A stretch of DNA of 64,000 nt. Source: a virus (taxonomy: Duplodnaviria > Caudoviricetes). Under the pieces are notes generated by a model. The model was given only the letters and a program-made list of their open reading frames with translations. It searched no databases and had not been told where the DNA came from. Numbering within the stretch: position 1 is the first letter of the stretch; each line of letters opens with the position of its first letter. Made by a program: the position numbers and the translations under genes. Of this stretch, positions 9,059 through 19,377 are shown one piece after another. The stretch is taken from IMG/VR virus record IMGVR_UViG_3300042891_001512, positions 1 through 64,000 of that record. One strand, 5' to 3'.

Positions 9059-9412
9059 TTAGCAGTTAGTGCCGCACAAGGCTTTAATGCCTGTAGGAGA
9101 AGCCTTTACTGACTCTTCCCATAGGTTTACTGAATGAAGGGTCCAGCGGTAGCCCCACATGCGTGCACGTGAATCCCATGAACGCTCACCTAGAAGGCGA
9201 ACAATCTTCCCATTGTACATCTTGTTCATGTACTCTGGGATGTTATGGGTGTGTGTGAATGTATGGCTATCAGATGCACCGCACCCATCAAGCTGTATCC
9301 ACACTGCCTGGCCATCATGGCACACGTACTTGCCAATAACCTCGGCATACTGTGCATGTGTGTTGTACGCCTGAGCCATCTGCTCACACGTGGTTAGTGT
9401 TACTGGTGACAT
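9059..9412 (-). CDS. hypothetical protein
   Basis: 117 aa; GGGAGG RBS. Confidence 0.55.
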   Translation of the reverse strand: MSPVTLTTCEQMAQAYNTHAQYAEVIGKYVCHDGQAVWIQLDGCGASDSHTFTHTHNIPEYMNKMYNGKIVRLLGERSWDSRARMWGYRWTLHSVNLWEESVKASPTGIKALCGTNC

Positions 9413-9672
9413 GGTTACTTTCCTCCCTTATTGGTGATTGATGTTTCTACTAGGTATGCCCTTACATAGGCACATGTCTTTGCATTTACTGGTATGTTGT
9501 GCTTTACACAATGCAGTAGGTACTTACGGTACGTACGTGCATATGATGTCCTGTTATGCTCCATGATTATCTCCTTTGTATGAGTTGAATAAAGCCCAAT
9601 GTTTTACATACCATGGCTATCGTATGGTTCATGTTGTTTAGTGTCCACCAATGGACAGTACTACCACCTGTA

Positions 9673-9903
9673 TTACAGGCTAATAATAGGACGTACCTTA
9701 TTATTAAACTGCATGAAGTATTCCTTACCTGTGCCACCCTCTGTGCAGAAGAAAAGGTTACCTTCTGTCCTGTGATTAATGATGTTTATATCTCTTAGTG
9801 CTACATCACCATTCTCTTTAAAGAAAGATACAGTTGTACTCCAATTATATTGAGTAACAACTATCCTTCCATTCTTATTACCTGTGTATGTTATTGATGA
9901 CAT
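9673..9903 (-). CDS. hypothetical protein, first gene of leftward block
   Basis: 76 aa ORF. Confidence 0.45.
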   Translation of the reverse strand: MSSITYTGNKNGRIVVTQYNWSTTVSFFKENGDVALRDINIINHRTEGNLFFCTEGGTGKEYFMQFNNKVRPIISL

Positions 9904-10225
9904 GATTGTCTACTTTCTTGTTAGTTAAGACCCCATACCCGGGTGGGCACGTTAAAAGTCTTAAGGGTCTACATATACCCACTAGTGGTGGCCCATATTT
10001 TTTCCATATTTTTAGCCTATTAGTTTTTTTTATATATGTTTTTACATCAAAAATTTTTCCTTTATTTTTATACCTATATAGGAAATCGCCCGCAAAAAAA
10101 GTTTGGAATATATTGCTATAGAGGTTGTCAAAGGTAAACATGCTTTGCTATTATCTTTGTTGTCATATAGATATCATGTACAAGAATCATATAACCATCA
10201 ATGCCTAGTACAAAAGGATAAGAAA

Positions 10226-10420
10226 ATGAGTAAGAACAAGAATACGTTGACAAAAGAATCCCAGGATGATATTCAACTGGATATGTTCGAGGATTATGAG
10301 GGGTTGGACGTGGAAGATGATATCTTCTATCAATTTAACTCTAAGACATATTATGGAGCTAAGTCAGCTTATGTTGATGTTGAAGATTATGATTTCGACA
10401 ACTATGGTTACAACGACTAA
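10226..10420 (+). CDS. small acidic protein
   Basis: AAGGA RBS before ATG 10226; Asp/Tyr-rich; followed by a terminator. Confidence 0.55.
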   Translation: MSKNKNTLTKESQDDIQLDMFEDYEGLDVEDDIFYQFNSKTYYGAKSAYVDVEDYDFDNYGYND

Positions 10421-10440
10421 TATTTAACCTATATAAAAAG

Positions 10441-10473
10441 AAAAACCCCCTGGATATACCGGGGGGTTTTTTT
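10441..10473. terminator. bidirectional rho-independent terminator
   Basis: AAAAACCCCCTGG-atata-CCGGGGGGTTTTTTT between convergent genes. Confidence 0.85.
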
Positions 10474-10493
10474 ATATCCTTATATAAGTATTA

Positions 10494-10814
10494 TTAAAGA
10501 TCATCTAAGTCGTTAGGAAACTCTCTAGGATCGATCACCCAGGACTCAATACCATCCTCTTCGGATAATCCTTCTATAATAGAAAATTTATCCCTACCGG
10601 TAAGCTCGGAAATATCATCGATCATTTCCCATACCTCAATACTAAAAACATTAAATACCAAGTTACCGTTACCATCAGGATGGAAGGTGACTACGCTTTC
10701 GGTCTCCAAGTCTTCGTCGTCAAGTAAGAAGACCTGTTCTTCTAGCTCTTCCCCGTTTTCCCTATTATAGATAATAAGTTCAAACAATTTTTTAAAAAAG
10801 TCCATAAACATCAA
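10494..10814 (-). CDS. hypothetical acidic protein
   Basis: 106-aa ORF, D/E-rich. Confidence 0.6.
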   Translation of the reverse strand: MMFMDFFKKLFELIIYNRENGEELEEQVFLLDDEDLETESVVTFHPDGNGNLVFNVFSIEVWEMIDDISELTGRDKFSIIEGLSEEDGIESWVIDPREFPNDLDDL

Positions 10815-10897
10815 TTCGCTAGATGATACTCTTATAGTAATCTGTTAAAAAATAAAAAAATAATTTTCGCCGCGAAATGCGCCGGGAAGGCAATGAT

Positions 10898-11065
10898 CTA
10901 ATCTTTAACTTCTTTTATGTAGTTCTCTTCCCACGAATCACCACAATCCCTACACTTAACAGAAAAACGTTCTACACGTTTATCTTTAGAACCAAGTTTA
11001 GTAGCTGAGTGATTCGGTGGGAATGAACAATCGGAGCAGGCGGTTGATTCAAACCCCTGGCTCAT
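10898..11065 (-). CDS. small zinc-ribbon protein
   Basis: 55 aa, CSDC...CRDCG; overlaps recA stop (ATGA). Confidence 0.55.
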   Translation of the reverse strand: MSQGFESTACSDCSFPPNHSATKLGSKDKRVERFSVKCRDCGDSWEENYIKEVKD

Positions 11066-12033
11066 ATGTTATTCTTTTCCTTAATTAACGCTATAAGTTT
11101 TTCGTCTAGCTTTAGCTTCTCTACAGCATTATCTCTACCTTGAGCAAAGTTTTCGCCATCAAGATAAACCCAAGCACCTTTTTGGGTAAAGATACCTTGA
11201 CCTAAAGCAAGATCGAACAAACAACCGAATTGATCTACACCCTTACCATAAAGAATATCAAATTCTGTAATCTTTAATGGTGGGGCCATCTTATTCTTAA
11301 TAATCTTAGCTTTAACTTTAATACCTATAGCTTCGCCAGACTTGTCCTTAAGATCTTCCTTCTTACGCAAATCTATACGAACCGAAGCAGCATACTTAAG
11401 AGCCATACCGCCAGGAGTAGTTTCCGGGTTACCGAACATAATACCAATTTTATTGCGCAACTGGTTTATAAACAATAGGAGCGTTTTTGTCTCGGATGCG
11501 GCCGAAACTAGCTTTCGCATCGCTTTGGCCATTAGACGAGCTTGTAGGCCCATCTGAGCCGATTCCATCTCACCTTCCAGCTCTGCTTTCGGAATAAGTG
11601 AAGCAACAGAGTCAATCACAACAACTCCCACTTCGCCAGATCGAACAAGGCGGTCAACTATCTCCAAAGCTTGCTCGCCGTAATCTGGCTGAGAAAAAAT
11701 TAACTCATCCAAGTCTACGCCTAGTGCGGTCATGTAGATTGGGTCCAAAGCATGCTCAGCATCAATGTAAGCACACTTCAGACCCATCTTCTGAGCTTCT
11801 GTAATAACAGTCAAAGCAATAGTAGATTTACCAGAAGATTCTGGTCCATATATTTCTACTATTCTTCCTCTAGGTAAACCACCAATACCTAGAATCTTGT
11901 CTAGCGTGGGAGCGCCAGTCGGAACAGAAGGCCATTTTTCTACATTGGTAGACCCGAGAGTAATCACGGATCCGGCACCAAACTGACGCTCTAATTGAGC
12001 GATAATAACATCTAAAGCTTTTGAATCATCCAT
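11062..12033 (-). CDS. recA: RecA recombinase
   Basis: GPESSGKST Walker A, IDAEHALD, VIDSVA, FINQLR, GNPETTPGG ALKY. Confidence 0.98.
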   Translation of the reverse strand: MDDSKALDVIIAQLERQFGAGSVITLGSTNVEKWPSVPTGAPTLDKILGIGGLPRGRIVEIYGPESSGKSTIALTVITEAQKMGLKCAYIDAEHALDPIYMTALGVDLDELIFSQPDYGEQALEIVDRLVRSGEVGVVVIDSVASLIPKAELEGEMESAQMGLQARLMAKAMRKLVSAASETKTLLLFINQLRNKIGIMFGNPETTPGGMALKYAASVRIDLRKKEDLKDKSGEAIGIKVKAKIIKNKMAPPLKITEFDILYGKGVDQFGCLFDLALGQGIFTQKGAWVYLDGENFAQGRDNAVEKLKLDEKLIALIKEKNNI

Positions 12034-12039
12034 AAAGAT

Positions 12040-12048
12040 ATTCTATCA
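12040..12048 (-). promoter_or_regulatory. extended -10 promoter, leaderless recA
   Basis: TGaTAGAAT 6 nt upstream of the recA ATG with no RBS. Confidence 0.6.
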
Positions 12049-12225
12049 CACTTTCAATGCTAAAGCTTCTTGAACTTCCTTCATCTTCTCTACAACCTTG
12101 GCTTCAACAAATCTAAGTTCAGCTTGGGTTTGTGGATCTTGACCAAGCATTGATTGTCTTACTTGTTCGCGCAATTTAGTTAACTGCTTAAGATAAGCAA
12201 ATGATGGCTTTATTGTTTTACTCAT
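12046..12225 (-). CDS. small hypothetical protein
   Basis: 59 aa, AGGAG RBS, helical. Confidence 0.5.
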   Translation of the reverse strand: MSKTIKPSFAYLKQLTKLREQVRQSMLGQDPQTQAELRFVEAKVVEKMKEVQEALALKV

Positions 12226-12594
12226 TGTGAGGTACTCCTAATCTTGATGGTATAATTACTAGAAGAAATTATATACAGATGGGATACAAAATGCAACGCA
12301 GAATAGAATTAGATGAGAATTTTTACAGAGCAGTGTTCTTGCTTAAGAATAGATTTAACAACGTAAATGACCTCGTAAAGTATTGGGCATATGCAGGACC
12401 TTGTGATGAAGGTCAACCGCAAATAGAAAACATAAAAAAAATTGGCAAGTGACTTGAAGTAAAGAAAGAAAAATAGTAGACTGGGATTTTACCCCCTACC
12501 CCCTACCCCCTTACTATATACATATATGTTATAAATAATATGTATATATATAATAATATATTATATTAATATATAGAATCTTAATTTTTAAAAC

Positions 12595-14025
12595 ATGATC
12601 GGAGCACAAATGAAGATATATCAGATATACGTTCCGGATCTTAACGCATACGTTAAATACAAAGTATTAGAACCAGAAGAAATAGAGTCATTCGTTTCGC
12701 AGCTAAATGCTAAGACTGAAAAAGAACGAAGAAGAAAAGTTCTTCAATATGTAATCTTTAACTTAAAAACAGAAATATCTCAAGCATTAGGATTAATGTC
12801 CAGACCCGATGCAGAAAGATGCGTAGAAGCATTGTATACGGGATGTGTAATGTTGAACCCTGGTTTAGACATAGATTACTGGGTTGCTATTGCCTATTCA
12901 TTTGGTGCCGAAGAATATGATCTATCTACAGATAGAAACTTTGAAGAACTAAAAAATATACTTAGTAAAGTAAAAGACAAAAAAGGTTCTAAAGGACAAG
13001 ATAAAGCAGTTCAAGTTGCCAAGAAGATAAGTAAACAAAAGTTCCTTGGATTGGAACATCATCTTAAGAATAATATTATTGGTCAAGATGAGGCAGTTGA
13101 ATCCATCTGCGAAGCATTAATTAGATCTCAGGCTGGTTTAAATGATTCCAACAGACCATTGGGGGTCTTTATGTTTGCCGGCGCTTCGGGTGTAGGCAAG
13201 ACACATTTAGCAAGAACTTTGCACGAATATTTGTTTACATTAGATTATCCGATGGTAAGAATAGATTGCGGTGAATTCCAACAAAAACATGAGAATCAAA
13301 AGCTAATAGGTTCACCCCCAGGTTATGTTGGACACGATGAAGGTGGCCAATTAGTTAATCAGATTCAAAAGAATCCTAACTCAGTAGTTTTGATAGATGA
13401 AGTAGAAAAAGCTCACCCAGATATTTGGAATACATTCTTGAGAGTATTTGACGAAGGAATTATTACTGATGGCAAAGGTGAAAAAGTAGACTTTAGAAAT
13501 ACCATAATAATATTAACAACTAACCTTGGTAACGAAAAAACGGTAGATCATATGATCGGTACCGGGACAGGTTTTAATAAGAATGTAAACTACCAAGGAT
13601 CAACATCTGCAATTCCATTGAAGTCTATGGTTGAAAGAAATACTATGGATGCAGCAAGAAAATACTTTAGACCTGAATTATTAAATAGAATTGATAAAGT
13701 TGTTGTGTTTAATCATTTAACTAGAGCTGACTGCGAAAGAATAGCTGAATTAGAAATGCGAATAATTTCTGACAAATTAAACAAAAAAGGTTTTAATATT
13801 GAATATAATCAAAATGTTATCAATGGTTTGATTGATAGAGGAATTGATACTGTCAAGGGGGCAAGAGGATTGGCTCAAGTTCGTAGAGATAAGATAGAAA
13901 CTTCATTAGCCAAGACGATAGTTAACACGTCCGTTCCCAAGGGAACAACATTTACTTTAGACTATTTGGATGACAACTTTCACTTTACGGTTATTAAACC
14001 AGCTAAAAAAGTAAAAACCACATAA
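12595..14025 (+). CDS. ClpA/ClpB-like AAA+ ATPase (single D2-type module)
   Basis: IIGQDEAV, GASGVGKT, RIDCGEF, LIGSPPGYVG, VLIDEVEKAH, FRPELLNRID, GARGL. Confidence 0.92.
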   Translation: MIGAQMKIYQIYVPDLNAYVKYKVLEPEEIESFVSQLNAKTEKERRRKVLQYVIFNLKTEISQALGLMSRPDAERCVEALYTGCVMLNPGLDIDYWVAIAYSFGAEEYDLSTDRNFEELKNILSKVKDKKGSKGQDKAVQVAKKISKQKFLGLEHHLKNNIIGQDEAVESICEALIRSQAGLNDSNRPLGVFMFAGASGVGKTHLARTLHEYLFTLDYPMVRIDCGEFQQKHENQKLIGSPPGYVGHDEGGQLVNQIQKNPNSVVLIDEVEKAHPDIWNTFLRVFDEGIITDGKGEKVDFRNTIIILTTNLGNEKTVDHMIGTGTGFNKNVNYQGSTSAIPLKSMVERNTMDAARKYFRPELLNRIDKVVVFNHLTRADCERIAELEMRIISDKLNKKGFNIEYNQNVINGLIDRGIDTVKGARGLAQVRRDKIETSLAKTIVNTSVPKGTTFTLDYLDDNFHFTVIKPAKKVKTT

Positions 14026-14032
14026 CTATACC

Positions 14033-14040
14033 ATTACTAT
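14033..14040 (+). promoter_or_regulatory. putative late promoter ATTACTAT
   Basis: Same motif about 30 nt upstream of several late-gene starts. Confidence 0.5.
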
Positions 14041-14069
14041 TAATATTAAGTATTGGATTAGGAGTTTTA

Positions 14070-14276
14070 ATGGGAGAAGGAACAAGGCTTTCCGGAGCAA
14101 TCGCTCACACAAAAACTAGTGGTAGATCAATTGGCGCAGCCATCAAAAAAAACCCTAAGAAGAGCATGGCCATTGGAGCTGGAGCAGTTTTTGGCTATGG
14201 GGCCATGAGGGGCCGTAGAGGTTCTGGAACTGGGCAAAGAATGCCAGGTTCACAAAGAGGAATAAGGAACTACTAA
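14070..14276 (+). CDS. small basic Gly-rich protein (possible virion core protein)
   Basis: AGGAG RBS; K/R/G-rich with one hydrophobic segment. Confidence 0.6.
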   Translation: MGEGTRLSGAIAHTKTSGRSIGAAIKKNPKKSMAIGAGAVFGYGAMRGRRGSGTGQRMPGSQRGIRNY

Positions 14277-14277
14277 C

Positions 14278-14637
14278 ATGCCGGCTTTACCGGGTAAAAA
14301 ACTTCCATACGTTTTAGATAAGCTTGGTTTAGGCGCAGGCGCAGCCGGGAGATACCTTGATACTCCACGCGGAGCAAAAATAGCAAACAGAGTAGAACAA
14401 AAAATGTTCAGAGGTGTAGGGAAAACTCTACACCCAATGGATAGATATAGCCCAGAATTTGCCGCGAAGCATAGAGCACAATCAATAGCTGCAAGGCAAA
14501 GACAAGTCGGTGGAAGATACGCAGCTGGAGCTATTGGCCTTGGAACGATGGGCATGTATAATGGTAGAAGTAGTGGATCAAGAGGTGGCCCAAGTCCAAT
14601 GACAAGGGCAAGACCAGGATCAGGTAGAAATCCATAA
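14278..14637 (+). CDS. basic Gly/Arg-rich protein (possible virion core protein)
   Basis: Composition and C-terminal PGSxR similar to the upstream ORF. Confidence 0.6.
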   Translation: MPALPGKKLPYVLDKLGLGAGAAGRYLDTPRGAKIANRVEQKMFRGVGKTLHPMDRYSPEFAAKHRAQSIAARQRQVGGRYAAGAIGLGTMGMYNGRSSGSRGGPSPMTRARPGSGRNP

Positions 14638-14656
14638 ATAAAACAAGTTAGGAAAT

Positions 14657-15073
14657 GTGATGAATGATTGGAAGAGTTATACAGATGTTAATGGTGATTT
14701 TCAACTAGCAAATTTTTTGTATAAAAGTATTAATGAATTGATGAAAAATTCTTTAGACATGGGGACATTATTGTCTAATGATCAATATAAGCTGAGGGCT
14801 TATAAAGAGCAAACAAAAAAATTGTTTAAGAACAAATGGTTGAACATAGCAGATGCGTTAGAGTATTTTGACATTCTAGAAAAATGTGTTTGCTACGTTG
14901 ATAGATCAGAACCTTACTGTGATGTTTGTAAAGGTTCAAGATATAAAATATCTTCGTATTTATCTCCAGATGAAATGAGAGAAGTAAGCACTTTTGTTAA
15001 CGCTATGCAAGATAGTGAGATCCAAGAGAAACTTCAAAAAGGTTTAATGAAGCTTCTAGAAGATATTAATTAA
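14657..15073 (+). CDS. hypothetical protein with zinc finger
   Basis: CVC...CDVCKG. Confidence 0.7.
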   Translation: MMNDWKSYTDVNGDFQLANFLYKSINELMKNSLDMGTLLSNDQYKLRAYKEQTKKLFKNKWLNIADALEYFDILEKCVCYVDRSEPYCDVCKGSRYKISSYLSPDEMREVSTFVNAMQDSEIQEKLQKGLMKLLEDIN

Positions 15074-15075
15074 TT

Positions 15076-15258
15076 ATGTTTTGCCCTCGTTGCGATTATC
15101 GCATGGAGTTAATGACTGAAGAAAGATTTGTCGAATATGGAAAACTTTCGGTCGAATCTAAGAAAGAGTACTTTTGTAATAATTGCGTTTGTGCTTTAAT
15201 AGAATGTTTTAAAGGTTCCGAATTTTATAGCTCTGATTGGATTGATTTTAATGGCTGA
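15076..15258 (+). CDS. small zinc-ribbon protein
   Basis: MFCPRCD...YFCNNC. Confidence 0.65.
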   Translation: MFCPRCDYRMELMTEERFVEYGKLSVESKKEYFCNNCVCALIECFKGSEFYSSDWIDFNG

Positions 15259-15991
15259 TATACAAAAGTTTAATGATAAAGAACAATTTTTAAAAAGCTT
15301 TGAATCACTCCGTCCAGATTTATTTTTTCCAGAAAATTGGACTGATGAAGAAAGAACAAAAGCTGTTGAATTAATAAGACCTCAAAAAACTAGGTCAACA
15401 ATGTTTTCTTCAATACCTATGAATTGTGAATCTATCAAATGCATTTTTGCAGCGACATGTCCTTTATTAAAAGAAAATCTTGCTCCGAAAGGAAAACCAT
15501 GCCCGATAGAGATGGCTATGGTTGCACAGTTTACTGCTGAATATATGGAGCAGTTAGATGTTCATTCTGATAATTTGATTGAAGTTTCAATGATTAGAGA
15601 TCTTGTGGATCAAGAAGTGCAATACCTTCGTAAGACAAAGTTATTGGCTAAAGAGCACTTTATTCAAGAAAACATTATTGGTGTTGATCAAGAGGGTAGT
15701 CCAATATTAAAGAAAGAACTACACATGGCAGTTGAGCTGGAAGATAGATTGCATAAGAGAAGAAAAGATTTACGTAATCAACTTCTTGCAACCAGAGAAG
15801 CTAAAGCTAAAGCTGGTCAAATGCAAGCAGACAGCGCACAGGCTATATCTGATATTCTATATAAGGTACAATCTGTGCAAATTGAAAAAGAAAAATTGTT
15901 AAGACAAAAACTTGGAACATATGAAGTTGATGATTATATTGAAGCATCTAGTAAAGAATTAGAGGCTCCGCCAAATGGCGATAATCAATGA
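15251..15991 (+). CDS. Cys-rich coiled-coil protein, candidate terminase small subunit
   Basis: C-x4-C-x5-CP...CPIE followed by helical/coiled region ending LLATRE.K; lies upstream in the packaging module. Confidence 0.5.
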   Translation: MADIQKFNDKEQFLKSFESLRPDLFFPENWTDEERTKAVELIRPQKTRSTMFSSIPMNCESIKCIFAATCPLLKENLAPKGKPCPIEMAMVAQFTAEYMEQLDVHSDNLIEVSMIRDLVDQEVQYLRKTKLLAKEHFIQENIIGVDQEGSPILKKELHMAVELEDRLHKRRKDLRNQLLATREAKAKAGQMQADSAQAISDILYKVQSVQIEKEKLLRQKLGTYEVDDYIEASSKELEAPPNGDNQ

Positions 15992-18900
15992 CTTCAGCAC
16001 GCATCCGTCTAATTTATTAGCTAACGCACTGCGCAATACTGGAACTAAAGGTTCTTTTTTTGGCAGGATAAGTAGTTCATCTGCTAATAGTGTTTACCGG
16101 AACAGGTAAAGATTTTTTGGAAAGATATTCTCAATTTGAGAAAAGGTATCAGTCAGAACTTTTAAAAAATTTAGATGTTGGCAAAGCGCAAGGTGTTGAT
16201 TTAGATTTTATAATGAATGGTGGCGCAATAAATCTAGATATTTTAAACGCGGAAGCAAAGACCATGCTTGAAAGAGAATATAGAGAAGATGTTCTCAGGC
16301 TACCAAAAATATTTAGGGATATAGGCAATCCTGGTATACAAATGCCTTCTAGTAACAGATACAGACATGCATTTAGATATGGCGTAGACACAGAAGAACG
16401 GATTATTGAATCCAGCTCAAGTTGTTTTGAATAGAACAATGTTTAACGTAAATCCAAATAAATCTGGTTTTGAAGCATTTAATGTTGGAACTTCTAATCT
16501 TATGGGACATAGAGCTTTAAGCCAGATGTTTAAGGTGGATGAAATAACCGGTGAAACTGTATTGAGGAATATGTCAGAAGTTATTGCTGGTAGATCAGTA
16601 AAAATGTTTGACGTTGAAACTTCTGGAATATTTAGAAATTCACAAATAGTTCAAATGGCTACAGCGGATATAACAAGCAGTGGAAAGATATCAGCAGGAT
16701 TAAATACAAGTTTTAAATCACCGCAACTCAATGGGTTAATGTATGGAGAAGGTAATCCTTTTGTAAACTTATTTTCTTCTGGAAAAGTTGTTGGTTCAGA
16801 AAATGGTGGAAAAGACTTTCTTGATGAAGGAGTAAAATTAATCAATAATTTAGTTGAATCCAATTCAGTTATTGCAGGTCATAATATTAATTTTGATATT
16901 CAAAAGTTAACTGGAACAATGAAACAAATGGGGGGTTACTCTTCTCATTCTGAAGCAAAAGCTGCAATTGAAAGATTGCATTCTAGAATTAAAAGTGGGG
17001 AAACTTTACTTGTTGACACACTAGAATACAATAGATCATATATGAATGATTTAGTTAATAAAGCTGTTGATGATGAATTTGCAAGAACTGGTATAACAAG
17101 AACTGATTCTAAAGTAGCTGAACTTCATAGACAGTTTATGTATTCTCCGGAAACAATGGCTGATGTAAAAGTTGGTGGCGGAGCAGCATATTCATCTGTA
17201 GAAGCAATGTCTTTAAATACCGATCTCACAGCTAGAATAGTAAGAGATGCAGAAGCCGGAGATGAAGCAGCAATAATGTTACTTGACAAAATGCAAAGAG
17301 GTTCTCACTTAGCAGATAATGACACACTTTTGCAAGGTTTTATTTTTAGATATACATCAACATCTGATCACTCAGATAGACTTCAATTGGCTAGGCCAGG
17401 AGGAGGAAGAAGTAGTTCCGTATACGAAGCTTTGTCAGAAGATGCAAAGCAAATAGCCGACAATATGAGAAGAAAAATTTATAGATCTAGCGCTAATGTT
17501 CCAACTAAAAATATAGCTGATGTACAACATTTGTCTGAAGCAACTTTTAATTATCTTTTAACAGATGAAGGAACTAAAAGTGTAACAATGTTTGCAGATA
17601 AAGATGTAACAAAAGGTTACATTAGGTATGATACAACTCAAGCTAAATTTGTTCAACATTCTCCAGAAGGCGTTGTGGACTACATGGGCGGTAGTGCAGA
17701 CAGAGGAGCATATGAGGTTAGAAAAACTATAGCAGCAGCAAGGGCTGGTAATGCAGACGCAATAAATTCAATTGCTAACTTTGGCATTACATATGGTCAA
17801 GAAAGTAGAATACAAGAAATAAGAAAAATAACACAAGCTGTTGGGGAATCAGCTTCTGGAGAAATAACCAAAGAAAGCATACTCGGATCTATAGGAAAAG
17901 TATATAAGAATTTTTCTTCTGCTCCAACTTTATCTGAAGCAGTAAAAATAAGCATAGGCGGAAGATCAGCAGAAACGCCTTTCCAGCTCGGTTTTGGTGT
18001 CAATAACCTAGATGACTATTTGGTGAGAACACTAGATGCATCGAAAGCAGCTGGCAAAAGTGGAATCGGTTATGATTTCCTTGACGCAAAAAGTAGAGTG
18101 TTTAGTACGATTATGTCGGAAGGTACACAAGCTAACGCAGAGTTAGCTAGAACAACTATTGCAAATAAACTTACTCAAGAAGGAGTAAGTGAGGAAGTAA
18201 AAGCATCTTTGAAAGCTCAATTGGAAAGTCTAAATTATTCTTCTTATATGGACATATTATCCGAAACAGGTGTATCACATTTCCAAGCACAAAAAGAAGC
18301 TTACCTCGGATTAAAAACTTCAACAGGATCTTCCATAGAAGTTGGATCAAGAGTATTTTTGCCAACAGAAGTTTTGCAAGATGTATTAAATAGTGAATCA
18401 ATAAAATCTACTATTGGCGAAAACGCAATGCAAAAAGGAAAAGTTTCTTTAAGCGTACTTAAAAATAATGAAAATCAAAATACAATAAATCTTTTTTGGC
18501 AATTAGGTTCAGAAGCAAAATCTACAGATTATGAAGCAATAGCAGCGCAACTTGTAGATGACGCTTTGGCAGCACACACGGCAAGAGCAACAGATGTTGG
18601 AGTAGAAGAAGGTGTTAGTAAGGTAAGAGCTCTCCAAAATTTAGGGGCAGAATTTCAAGCATCTATGGATTTATCTGGGAAAGATAAAGGTCATTTAGTT
18701 TCAGTTTTGGCGTCAAGCTTCCAAGAAGGAGGAATAGGATACGCTACTCAGAGTGGAGCAAGAGCAGAAGGAACAATTAAGAGTTTATTAAGAGCTGGCT
18801 GGGATTTAATCAACGATAAACTAATAACAGAAAGAGCATCACACCTAGATGTAGTTGGCGATACCGTTAGGGTTTCAGCTTTTGCCGATGAAACAACATT

Positions 18901-19372
18901 GGCAGCAGCTGGAGTTTCCGGAAGAATGGAAGAAACCAATAAAGGTGTCATCAACTCGCTTAATAAAGCAGCAGATATTTTAAGCCAGGATGGTACGGCT
19001 GCAGAAGCTAGAAAAATTATGACTAGATCTAGGCTTGGTTTTGGTGAAAATAAAGCTTTAAACTTTTTTATAGAAAATAAAAAATCAATTTATGGGACTG
19101 GTGCCGGCATACTTGCAGCAGGAGTTGGTTACTATATGTATGGTAAGCATAAAGAAAACCAAATTTACGACGAAACAATACAGCAACAGCCAATAACACA
19201 AAAGGTGTCTAATGGTGAAATGATGAGACAAACAATGCAGCCTCAAGCTAGCCTTTCTTCATATAGAAGAGATCCGCTTGTTACTGCTGGAGTTGTTGGG
19301 AATTTAGATAGAAATAAAATTGGCCATCATAATATGAGTTCAAAAAAACACGCTCATTTATTTGGAGGATAA
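15975..19372 (+). CDS. large (~1131 aa) protein with DEDDh 3'-5' exonuclease-like domain; needs two +1 frameshifts (C16098, C16399)
   Basis: ATG 15975 frame joins ORF 16090-16434 and then ORF 16406-19372 at CGG-A sites; FDVETSG, IAGHNINFDI, VDTL and HLADND motifs; C-terminal hydrophobic GAGILAAGVGYY segment. Confidence 0.75.
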
Positions 19373-19377
19373 ATTAA

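Noticed and set aside
9878-10141. ORFs 9878-10141 (-) and 9906-10121 (+)
   Set aside because: Lie over a low-complexity AT-rich junction with no RBS; probably non-coding
12490-12512. Intramolecular G-quadruplex
   Set aside because: Only three G runs on the minus strand; kept only as a possible origin element
15975-16434. Calling the frameshifted genes pseudogenes
   Set aside because: They include an essential prohead protease and a long fibre, are otherwise intact for up to 1000 codons, and all breaks share one motif
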